DNA of 64,000 nt from Azolla caroliniana (taxonomy: Eukaryota; Plantae; Polypodiophyta): the NCBI GenBank assembly GCA_043228905.1, contig JBHGNT010000005.1, forward strand, positions 3,038,001 through 3,102,000, written 5' to 3'. This document shows positions 1 to 11,589 of this stretch, one piece after another; the stretch's first letter is position 1, and each line of letters opens with the position of its first letter. The translations under genes were made by a program, and so were the position numbers. Under the pieces are notes generated by a model. It was given only the letters and a program-made list of their open reading frames with translations. It was not told where the DNA came from and made no database searches.

Positions 1-305
1 AATTACTCTAATAGGTAGAACTCGGCTTTGGGCCTATGTATGTCAATGTGCATCTCATACATTCCTAATCAATTCACTGCAGGTATGCTTAAGAACTGCT
101 TATGATACATGACCTTAACTCCTACAAATTTGGTTATGCATTTTACTAAACTGTCTTTATCCAACAATTGAGCCACAATTCTAGTCTGTAAGTGGGTTGA
201 TAGTTTGATGAAATGCCACATGAGCCAAGTGAATGTTAGATTGTTTTCCTTCATTTCTCAAGAGAAGACAGTCCATATTTTAGATTAACATTGTTGTCAG
301 AATAC

Positions 306-3300
306 CTGCTTATCATGAGGGTCAATTGCATTCAACATGTCATTTAGAACATCCAGCTCACTCTGGGCTCTGTCCATGTCTTTTGAGCTGTGAAGGGCAT
401 AGTTTTAGGATTCTTGACCAGATAAGATAAGATAATATTATGAATAAATGGAGTCAATGCAAGAAAAAATATGCTCTTTCAACATCAAACATTTAAAATA
501 ACCTCACCTCCATACATGCCTACCATCTGCAGTCACAGCCATCATATCTTCTAGTGTTGATACATATGGTGGCGATCCATGTCTTGCATTTGGAAATGAA
601 GATGAGAATGATTGTGGGTGTGTCGGTGGTGGGGTAAACATGGGGACAGCACTTTCTGCATCTCTTTCAGGAAATTCGACACCACAGCGCTACAAAAACA
701 AATTATAGAAAGAGAAGGTTATAAAAACTGATTATAAATTAACCAGAGATTACTAATAATGCAAACCTCTTTCATTTCATGATGTCATATTAGGAAATAG
801 AAAATAATAAAGTGAACAGCTTCACCAACCAAAATTATGCTAAAATGATCACCCAGAGCTAGACTCTTATTAGCAATGGGCACGGTTCGGTTCAGTTTCA
901 AGGCAAAGAAACTGAACTGAACCAAAACCGAACCGTTTATATAAAACAAAAACCAAACCAAACTGTTTAGGGGAAAGTTGAAACCAAACCGAACCATTTA
1001 ATAAAAATTTTAAACCAAACCATTTAAAACCAAACCGTTTAATAAAAAATTTACACCTAACCATTTTAACCAAACTAATTAAACATCTAAATAAACAAAA
1101 ATACATTAAATTAAATAAGCATTTAAGTTAAATTTATTAAATCAATAAAAGAAACTTTAATTGAATCATTAAATTAAATAAACATTTAAGTTAATTTAAT
1201 TAAATCAATAAAAAATCATTAATTTAATAAACTATTAAGGTAAAAAAAAAAAGTTAACCAATAAACTGTTTAACCATGGCTTAACGGTTCGGTTCGGTTC
1301 GGTTTGAGCCGAAACCGTGCCCATTCCTAACTCTTATGTCGCACCTCATTTCTGCATATCAGATGAATTCTCAAGATAATTTTGCATGGCTAAATTTTAG
1401 TGAGAACCCTAGAGCTTACCCTAAGGTCATCGTATGCCATATAATATTGTGGATATCTTCCAGAAATCCCACCAAAAGCTTCTTGCCAAGAGTCTAAAAG
1501 CACTAATATTTTGTCCCTCACACTCATATCTGTCTGCATGAATAAAAGAAACATATTTCACTAATGAGACAGTTTACCTTAAAAAAACCATTACTAACAA
1601 CAATACACATCTATAAGAATGCATATTCTTTGTACCTTCTTCTTCACTATTTTGACCATTTCAGGTAAGATATCTTTTTCAGCGACACTATGATGAATAA
1701 TTTCTCCACAATTCTTCATTATTGTTTCCAATACCTATAAATTTACATATGATTGAGTACTTAATTTTTTATTGATAATTTTTTGAAAACCTGCTGCTTA
1801 ACGGAGAAAGCACATAAAAATTCTCCAATTACCACTAAAGCCAATAGTTGTACTTTTCCATTTTTATTTCCTAGGCGCTTTTTTATTGCTTTAACAACCT
1901 CACGTGCTTGCCTACATCCATGAATAAACAAACCCTTTAGTCATTATAGTTTAAGAGAGATTAATGCAATACAGCACCAGAAGAAAACTTTAATTTTAAA
2001 ATCAATAACCAGAATTAGAAAGAATAGAAAGAATTACATATAATATCATTGTGAACTCTAACCAAGAGCAAAGTTTATTAAATAGGAAAGACTAAATGTA
2101 TTGCTTATCAGCTCAGAGTCTGATGAACATTACCCAGTTAAATGTAAGGTAAATAGTATTTAATTTCCAATTATGGTTTCAAGTAAAATCTTCTCCTTGA
2201 TACAGAAATCTTATCCATTTATGTTGTAGTTCAAACTATAATCATGCAAGCATAACCAAATTTCACGTTATCTCTTGCTTCCCTAGTCATGACTCATCAT
2301 TATGTGCACAAGCTTCTAGAAATCAAAGATCGCTGTAATCTTAATCTTCCATAATATACGGTTGGTACCATCAAATTCCCTCCTGAAAGCTATAGAGATT
2401 CATCCTCAGGCAACCTCTTCTAGAAGATCAATGTGATTCACTAATCAATTTCACAATCCATCAAATTGCGCTTCTTTTCAATTGTTTCAACTTCCAGTTG
2501 TCAATGGTGATACTCTTATTCTTGTTCCTAATTTGCAACTTGCATCACCACTCTCGTAAACAGCTACATCATACACCTCTCTGCATCAATGGAGTCAAAA
2601 TCTCTTGTTCTCATAATATGCACCTTTAATTTAATGCATACGCAACTACATTTCCATACATCTAGAAAACACAACCGGATTGCTTGCTTGATTAGAAATA
2701 TTGGGGTGCAGTCAATTGACACCTAGATCGCCAACTATTGTTGTTCAGTCCAATGAGATAGCACTTCACATTTATCATAATACAAGTCACTGACTATCAA
2801 TAATAACTTTATCTATGTCAATTATATATCTTTGGTGTTAACTATTTGTTTAAATATGTTTCTTTCCTTCATTTTATTCACAGTTCATAATTCATAAAGT
2901 GGATACATTTTGATGTCCTCCTGAATGGCAAACATTCACCATAAAAGAATAAATTCTATCCCATTTGGTTTCAAACTTTTCCTGGTGAATATATGCTGTA
3001 TACCACGTCAATTGAATGATTGTTGAGAGTCATCACAGTTAAGAAGGAATTGCTTCAGTTAGAAAACTGCATGTGGATGTTTACTCAACTCGAAGCCGGG
3101 CGGTTGCACCATGTAAACTTCCTCCTCAAGCTCGCCTTGGAGGAATGCGTTCTTTGTAAGTCTCAGGTGCTTGGTCCACCTCAAACTTCATCATGAATGT
3201 ATAGCGATGCACCATACTCGTACCCAAACCTTACTATTGGGTTCTTTTGTTGGCTTGATTGACGGACTTTTCCATTGGCCACCTCCGGGGCCTTCTTTAC

Positions 3301-6300
3301 TCCTGGTGCCTCATTATAGACACACCATACTTGCCGTTGACCGATTGGGGTGATTGATTTGAGTCATCACCCAATGTCGTGCTCTAGGTCTCTTGCTCAG
3401 GCATCTTGCCCTTTTTTTTCTTTCTGTGGGTGTAGCACCAAGGTGACACAACATCAAAGGTTTCTTCATGCCATGTAAGACTCCAATTGCTGGACAACAT
3501 CTCTGGTCCAGTCAGCTGGAGTGAGGGGAGACTCTCTGCTGGTTCTCTACCCATAATGGCCGTCAACCTCTCTTCTTCTTCACTCCCAAAATCTGCATCA
3601 GATCCGCTTGTTTCGAACAAGTGGGGGTCACTGATCCCAGGCCATATCATGATGCCACTTCATCAAATACCACATCTTAGCTTATTCGTGATTGCCAAGT
3701 GGCGGGGTTAAAACACTTATAACCCTTTTGCTCAAGAGAGTAAGCAACAAGGATTATCTTCTCCGACTTTCGATCCAACTTTCTCTGCTTCTCATTGGGT
3801 ACATGCACATATGCAATGCATCCAAAAACCTTCCAGTATGAAAGGTGCGGCGTTCTCCCAAAATACTTCTCGTGAGGGGTGATGTCATGGACACCCTCGG
3901 TCGTGCACCCATTGATGAGATTCATGGCCGCAAATGCTGCCTCTGCCCAATAGATCTTTGGCACGTTCTTCTCCTGCAGCATGGCGCGGGCCATCTCAAG
4001 AATTGTGGGATTCTTCCACTCAGCAACATTGTTTTGTTGTGGTGTGTATCGGCAAGAGAATTCCCAGTGCATCCCCTTCTCTACCAGAAAGGCCGTGAAC
4101 TCCGTTGAGAAGTATTCTTGGTCACCATCGGACCATAAGCATTGAATCTTGCGATTTGTCTCATTTTCTACTTGATTCTTTAACTTGAGAAAGTGAGAGA
4201 AGACCTCACTTTTCAACTTCATCGGGCATATCCAGGTATCCCTGGAGTAATCGTCAATGAAGGTAACAAAGTACCTACACTGCCAATTGTCTCGTTTTGA
4301 CCAGGCCCCATAATCTGAGTGGATGATGTCCAGCAGGCCTTTAGTCACATTCCTTTTGCTCAGAAATGGATAACTATGTTTCTTGCCTATTGCTAGCACA
4401 CCTCACATACATTATCAGGATTTTTCGAAGTAAATCATGGCAATCCATGCCCAACTCCTTTTGTTTGCATCGATTGGAGTTTACCGCGGTTTACATGGCC
4501 AACCCTTTTCTGCCACAACTCGATATCAAACTCAGCCTTGAGTCCCTTTGCATACATCGCTATGTCCACCTCAATCGCGTCAAGGATAAACGTGCAACCT
4601 TCTCTTTTTGCATGAGCGATAAGTTAGCCCTTATCCTCGATGAAGCAACATTCTTGGTTGAAACGTACTTGCATTCCTTGCTTGACAATTTGGCCAATTG
4701 AGACCAAATTCTTTGTGATTGTCGGGATATGCAGTACGCCCTTCATGTAGCCCTTGTTATCATGATTGTTAAAAGGCCACATCTCCAATGTGCTCCATTG
4801 TGTGTGTGGAGTCATCATTGGTCTCCACCACACCGGGTCTCTAGGTTTCCCTCATATTCATGAACCATTCTTGATGACTTGTCATATAATTTGAGGCACC
4901 TGAGTCCACGAACCAGACATCATCAGGTTGGGAAGTGCTTGTTATCATGCTATTCGCCCAGTGTCACATAACAAACATCCGCCCTTTGTTATCTAGACCA
5001 GCCATCACAGCGTGGTTCGTTGGCTGTCGGGGTGAGGCAGCCGAGTCATTCTCGTTCTTTCAGCACTCTGCTTCAAAGTCACCAAGCTTTCCACAATACC
5101 AACACTAGGTTTGCTAGTTTTGCCAGGTTGATGCAGGCTGGTGGAGCTCCCCCTTTTTGCCGGACTTCCCTTGGCTGCTTCGACCTTGCTGCCTGGAATT
5201 ACACTGTTGTGGGCCTCGTCCACCTCTTCCTCGGCCATTCCTCCCCCGATTTCCACTACCGTGACCTCGACCGACATTAGCCTAGGTATATAGCATCTGC
5301 CCATTAGATGCAGCGCTTTTCGACTATGTAAGGTTCTCCTCGACCATTAGCATGGGATGCAAGTTGAAAAAGCTCCGGGGTTCTCCCTTGTTATGGCAGC
5401 CCGAAATGCACCATACTTTTGTGCGAAGCCACCAACGCAAATATGCACCATCTCGTCATCATTGACTGCGAAATTGATGGAGCCGAGTGAGTCACACAAG
5501 TCTTTGATCTAGACGGTATAGTCCGTCACGGACATACCCCTTTGCCAAATATTGTTCAAATCTTGCCGGAGTTGAAGTTTTTTGGTTGTGGTTGAAGCTG
5601 CAAAAACCTTCAAGTTTTCCCACGCTTCCTTTGGGGCCTTCGCATCTCGAATATAGCTTAACATGTGATCTTACACACATGTTGCCAAGCAGTACATTAC
5701 CCTGCTAGCACCATGCTGCCATGGGGGTAGTTGAGATTTATAAGATTAAGGGTTGTTTCTTGAGTTCCCTTGATATAACTCCAGTACCCCTTGCTCAACT
5801 AGGTAGTGGTGCATCTTGTACTCCCAAGATGTGTACTTGTGCTTGTCCAACTTCTTTGTTGGAAGTGCGCTACCCAACTGTGCATTTATCTTTCGGATTT
5901 AGCTTGATTCATATGCTCATCTTGATGTGAACCTCTTGTTGTGCAACACTACAACAACGATGACCAGTTTGAAACGGCTCTCTAATTGCTCACATAGTTT
6001 CAATGGTAGAGCTCGGTGAAGGATCTCTAACCCTCACACTCTAATACCATGTTAAGAATCTAACTCTCGTAGAGTTAGGGTATGTGGAAGCATAGTGCAT
6101 GTGTGAGAGTGGGTTTGTGAGCAAGAGAAGGAATCAGAGAAAATGACCAGAAATAATAAAATACACAGTAGGGTGAAAGATTATGCACTAAAGAGAAAAC
6201 TATATTAATCAAATAAACATCATCAACTTAACACAACGAGCCAAGGGTGTTTCATATACAAGTCCTCAAGGGACTACCACATTAAATGTGGTTGGTGGAA

Positions 6301-8053
6301 TCTAATCAAGATGTCCACTCGAGTACGATTTTGTCATAAGAATATCTTATATTCTTTTGACCACATTTACACTTGACAATTACACGGATTACAATAAAGT
6401 GTGCTCACACACTTTTTCACACATTGTGCTTTTCTTCATAAGCATATGTTCACACGAGTTAAGCTTGATTCTCAACAAGTTCGTAGTACATGTGTATATG
6501 ATAATCATATACAATCAGGGTTTACCCTGGGAATTTTCTTTAGTGACAATATTTAACAAAGTTTGCTGTTCTTGCTCTTCACTCCATAGTTTGCATTGTT
6601 TTGGCAAATTGCAGCCCCGTTTCCAAGTTTTCCATAGGAGTTGTGGAAAACTAAGAAACATCAAATTTGAGGAGAACCTACTCAAGGGTAGTATTTTACT
6701 TGCCACCATTTCAAAACCAAAGAAAAAAAGAGAATGTTAGCACCTTTGGGGTAACCCTATATCTTCACATACATAGGTCATGATATAAAGGCATATATCA
6801 TGAAACAAGCAAACTGCTACCAATATGTGTGTACCATTACTTAGATTTGAAACCTATTGTGGAACTCAAAAGGATCATTTTTGGTTCCATGTAAAACTAA
6901 AGTTTCTCAACAATTGAAAAGAGGGAGCTCCTAGAAAAGCCAATAACATTGATCTTTAGCCTTGAATAGAATAAAAAATCTCCCTCAAGTCCCAAAATAA
7001 GTTTCAAATTAATGTACTGGTGTGTATCATACATGTATAGGTATCATTATCATTATATATGACATGCATAGATAGCTTAGTGAATACAAAATTGAGGGTT
7101 TGTAAACAAATCGGTAATTTGAAGATTACATACAAAGTTTCATTGATGCTCATTACCATGTATTATGTAAGACACAGACAATGAGCCAAGGATGTTGACA
7201 CAGCATGCCCAATCACACCTTCTACATGAGCCACTCATTGGAGATCATGATAACCTTTCTTGTAATAAGTATATGGGAAAAGTTATCTGTATTAAATGTA
7301 TAATTGTAAACTTATATTCCCTCGCTCTTTCATTATGACCAAGTGGTTTACTGATCCCGTTTAGTACACAAAAAATATTGTATATAAACAAAGTTCTCCC
7401 CATGCAAATGACACTGGCTATTCTCCTTGTTTTTACCTTGTTAATCTAAGTTATTTGCCTTTGGTCACTCTCTGCACTTCTCTCTCCTTCTCCTCACATA
7501 TACATATCACGTACACACACATACGTTCAAATGATCTCCACTGTGTTGTATCAAGATCCTCGGCAAAACTTTCTTAAGGTTGAGTTCTTCACAAAGAAAA
7601 ATCTACTTACGCACATACCAGTGCTTCAAAATAAAGACTAACGGTTTTCAAATATTACTTTTGATAATTAGAAAAATAATTATAGGAGGGTTAAAGATAC
7701 ATAATCGGATTCAAAACTTCACCAATGTATGCAAAGTCTATTTACTCAAATATATTTCATGCGTAAGCCATTGGGAGGATATCAAAGAATTAGATGTATA
7801 CACACAGACATGGTGTATTCTATAACTGGTAACAAAAAAATTCATAAGCTTGCATTATCTATGTTTGCTAGTTCTAATTCAACTCCTTGACAAGGTTGGG
7901 CTTTAAAGCACGTACTATGAATCCAAAAAGAAAGAAAAAGTAAAGACAAACTTGCCCTGGATCACCATTGATAGCATCGCAGATCTCTAAATTCATTCCC
8001 CAATCAGGTCCAATGAGAAGGTCACTAGTTGCCTTCTCGACGAGGCTCGCCAT
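306..8053 (-). CDS. TOL: TOM1-like (TOL) VHS + GAT domain protein; partial, 3' part lies beyond the left window edge
   Basis: Phase-consistent exons: 8053-7956, 1911-1833, 1734-1636, 1533-1420, 689-508, 387-306. Translation: [33 protein letters not shown]|[26 protein letters not shown]|[33 protein letters not shown]|[38 protein letters not shown]|[25 protein letters not shown]...|[27 protein letters not shown]. This is a classic VHS domain followed by the start of the GAT domain. Intron 1 is GC-AG; the others are GT-AG. Confidence 0.93.
871..1329. mobile_element. Non-autonomous hAT-type MITE (459 bp) in TOL intron 4
   Basis: Terminal inverted repeats TAGCAATGGGCACGGTT... and ...AACCGTGCCCATTCCTA. 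Perfect 8-bp TSD ACTCTTAT at 863-870 and 1330-1337. Many subterminal AACCG/CGGTT motifs and an AT-rich core. An 8-bp TSD with TAG- termini is typical of hAT. Confidence 0.9.
3050..6378 (-). mobile_element. Degenerate, internally deleted, 3'-truncated Ty1/copia LTR retrotransposon in TOL intron 1
   Basis: In minus-strand order: 5' LTR ending ...TTAACA at 6050 (the start near 6378 is tentative), tRNA-Met-like PBS TGGTATTAGAG (6049-6039), Gag remnants, degenerate knuckle [14 protein letters not shown] (~5065-5105), protease [13 protein letters not shown] (~4880-4920), integrase ORF 3677-4399 ([26 protein letters not shown]), and RT motif [21 protein letters not shown] (~3090-3157). INT before RT indicates copia. 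There are many stops and frameshifts, and no 3' LTR. Confidence 0.9.
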
Positions 8054-8493
8054 TATATAATTGTATGTAGATGTAGAAGCAAAACCCTTTCTCCCTACTT
8101 GTACAGAAATTCAAAACTGATCTGAAAAATCCATAAAAAACGTGGATTTTAAGTGAAAAGTATTTGAGTTCTTCTGTTGTAAAATTCAGGGTTTTGGCAG
8201 AAGAAAAACGGAAGGATCAGAATCTGTACCTGCCTGCACCTGAATCAATATTGCTGTTTCCTGTATTAATTTTTTTCCAGAGATTCTAAGGCAAGAAACG
8301 GGAAGAGGATCGGTATCGGTGTCTGTTGCGGTGGTTTTCTGTACAGTGAAATTTTTAGGGTTTAAGATGCGGCACACAGGGAGAAGATGATCTTCAATTC
8401 AGGTCGAGAGAGGAGGAGAATCAGGGCGAGGGCTTTGAGGAAACACAGTCGAGAAAGTGTGTCGTTGAAAAAAAACCAAAAACACAAAGAGGG

Positions 8494-8494
<1 letters not shown>

Positions 8495-8529
<35 letters not shown>

Positions 8530-8789
8530 ATCGAAAAGGATGAGGAAAGCTAGGATTGAGGCAAGAAGTCAGAAGATGAAGATGAAGAAGAAGCCAAAGA
8601 CGAAGATGAAGGAAGGTGAAGATTGATGGAAGGATTTCCAAAGAATGAACACACACACACACCCAGGTCCCAGGTCCCACACACACTCTTTGGGTTGGGG
8701 TTGGGCCACCGCCCCACTTCCTTCAGTGCCTTCAATTTTGTTAACATGCTTTCGGACCCACCCCCATTGACTCTCTCTCTCTCTCTCTC
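8495..8789. repeat. (GA)n, GAA-rich, (CA)n and (CT)n simple repeats in the TOL 5' leader/promoter region
   Basis: GAGAGA run ~8495-8524, GAA/GAT-rich 8570-8620, CACACA ~8649-8662 and CTCTCT ~8770-8789. On the transcribed strand this is a CT-rich leader typical of plant 5' UTRs. Confidence 0.75.
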
Positions 8790-8964
8790 ATCCATCCTCA
8801 CATTCCAACTTTTTCTCTTTATAGCCGTCAACAATTCGAAAGAAACCTCTCTCTTTTAGCCCATCCGAATCCGGACTTCGTCTCTGTTGTGCCCCATCCC
8901 ATATGTTTGATCCACATGACGAACATCATCGATGATGACCTTTCACCTTACATAAGTGTCAGTC

Positions 8965-9371
8965 TTTGTGTTATAGATTCCTTGACTCTTCCAACGAGAA
9001 AATTTTGCCCATAAGGGACTCTGAAGGCTTGAAGGACTCTAACACTATGAGGATTCGAAGGCTCATGGGACTCCACGGCTCGGACGGCTCGAATGCTTTT
9101 AGGGACTCAAAGGCTTGGAGGACTCGAATACTAGAAGGGACTTGAACATTGGGATGCGAACATAAGGAGCCGAAGCTTTGGCCTCTTTGACTTCCCTTCT
9201 CTCGTCTCCTCGCACTCTCTTCCACAAAGACACTTAGGAGTGATTAGCACGTGGGATTACGCTTAATACACTTGGTTAGCCAAGTACATGAGATTAAGAT
9301 AAAATTGTCCACGTATTAAAGGTAGATATGCTCAATTAATTAAGCAAATCCCTTTATAGAGTAGGGTTTAC
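8965..9371. repeat. Degenerate short tandem repeats (GGACTC(G/T)AAGGCT-like), probably an LTR/TE remnant
   Basis: Recurrent GGACTC/GAAGGCT units at 9015-9180. The segment ends at ...GGGTTTACA (9371), which reads TGTAAACCC on the minus strand and resembles an LTR terminus. No partner LTR was seen. Confidence 0.35.
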
Positions 9372-9459
9372 AAAATGTTCATAGTGATTAAGAACAACAT
9401 GGGGTAATTACAAGATAACCACTAAGCATAAAATGGAATTAGAATTTTGATTGTCCATA

Positions 9460-10915
9460 AAGAGGCCAGTTTTGACCTATGGGACTAGGGTATACATGTG
9501 TTCTTGATATATGTCTCCTTCCTAAGAAGGGTTATTCATACATTGAAGCACAAAATCTCTATGTGTGAATAAAGCATAGACATATGAGCTCAATCTTCTA
9601 GATGGTGTCTTAAGTATGGCACTTAAGTAATCACTCCCTCTTAGTATGTCAGTACATCTTGAACGAATTGCACTATATACTAAGCATGTGAAGAGCAAGT
9701 GAAATTCATCCTCTACCATGCCTTCATTGCATACTTTACATGTCTTCGAATTCGTTACATTTTGATACCATGATGCAACTTCAATACCTAACTTGTGAGA
9801 TCGAGTGCGAAGTAGTGTAAGAACTCTGCGAGCATTACTACTCATATTGGTAATGAGATAATGTTGGATATGATCAATAGGGATTCTTGCTTTATATTGA
9901 GTTCAACATTAAGGGATGACATTTGCAATGTAATATTCTAGCTTTGTCCTTTTAGCATCTTCCCATTTCATCCTTAATGATTCCACCAACCTTTCCTCGA
10001 TCATTACATAATGCACAACATCGCCTGACTAGATGAGAGAATATTACTCTTATGATTCTTTCGTAGCTTACATCCAACATTCCAAGCAAGATGTGATAAT
10101 CGATGATTCGACATATTATTGACTTTTGTAATGTATTTATATACTCTTTGGAGTGTCAATATTTCTATGGGTCAAACACCTATTTCCAAGAGCATAACTT
10201 GGTAAGAGGTAGTGCATTTAACTCCTAATTGCCTCCTTAAAAACATCTTTTGAATTTTCTCAATTTCATTCCATGCATTAAGAGAGATGGTGCCACCCCA
10301 TACTTCTACTCCATAAAGCAATATTTGAGTTACCATGGCATTGAACAACATTAGTTTTACTTCCCATCCACAAGTATCACTTTGGTTGCATTGGTTCTCC
10401 AAAAGGTAATACGATTTCCAACCAGCTCGGAGCCTAGAATCAAAGCATGCATTCCATTTATTTGTGGCGAGTACATCAATACCAAGATATTTAAAGCTTC
10501 GAACAATTTGCATATGTTCACATCTATATATGAGCATAGGGTAATGATGAGGTTGGATGGTTTGCACTACCATCATTTTTGTTTTCTCCACATTCACTAC
10601 TAGTCCACTACTATGGCAAAATTCTTGTAATACCCCAAGTAGATGTTGCATACTATCAACATCATATAAGAAGAGTACCACATCATTTGCATATAGAAGC
10701 AATAAGATAACATGTTGCATCAATTTGGGGACATTCAATCCATCCTCTCTTGCAACCTTATTCACCACTTCTTCTAATTTATCAATACACAAGCCAAAGA
10801 GTGTGGGTGATAGTGGACATCCTTGCTTGACCCCCATGTTACTAAAAAAGTGCTTTGGAATCCACTATCCATTTTTAGTTGGCATTTAACTTGTTCATAT
10901 AAGCGTGCAACTGAA
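9460..10915 (-). mobile_element. 5'-truncated non-LTR retrotransposon (RTE/RTE-X/L2-like RT and C-terminal Cys/His motif), degenerate
   Basis: ORF 10172-10837 has GVKQGCPLSPTLFGLCID, LLYANDVVL (decayed YADD), VNVEKTKMM and FKYLG. ORF 9522-9845 has LRTRSHKLGIE...CKVC...VEDEFHLLFTC..Y..IR, a C-terminal motif unlike the L1 zf-RVT elements elsewhere in the window. Clade assignment is inferred from motif memory. Confidence 0.85.
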
Positions 10916-11589
10916 ACTTGGGGAGGTGGTCAAGTGGACTGTCGAGACCTTACCTACATTCAATGACAACGGCCTTCAAGTTGAAGTAGGGTTATCAAGC
11001 CATTTCGTACTCTCCTTCCACAACTAATATGTGAGGTTGTCGAACCCCTTCTTTGAAGTTGCCCATGTTGTCTCCTCCCTCGGAGATACACGTTCGATTA
11101 CTCTCCCTGAGTAATCAGGTCAAGGGATCGTGGTTACGTAGGAGGGTATGACATGGTTGAACATGTCAATTAGTTATGAAATGGCCAGCCACAACCGGTC
11201 TTATGACGTATGACTTATGAATAGGATTAGAACTCAACGTAAAGATGAACATTGAAATGACACCAGTATTAAAGAATTACTGCATATATCGACAGTACTA
11301 TTACTCTCTCTCTCTCTCTCATAACAAAAAACAGATCTACATATAGCATACACATATATAATTCTCTCTTCCACGCTCCCTTTTCTGGTGTTGCAACCTG
11401 CTTTATATAGTTTCTATGTCCCCTCGGCGCACTCCAACCACTCCTCTAATTTTAGGCCCTTATTCTCGGTTGCACGTATTTCGCTTAGCTACTTTCTTCA
11501 CGCTTGGGTTGATTCTCCTTTTCACACTCGCCTACTTGTTTCCTTTATACGATTGGTTTCACACCTCTTGGCTTTTTGTCTCATGGCTA

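Noticed and set aside
8387-8859. Several 78-95 aa ORFs upstream of TOL
   Set aside because: They arise from GA/CT/GAA microsatellites, are low complexity and contain no domain.
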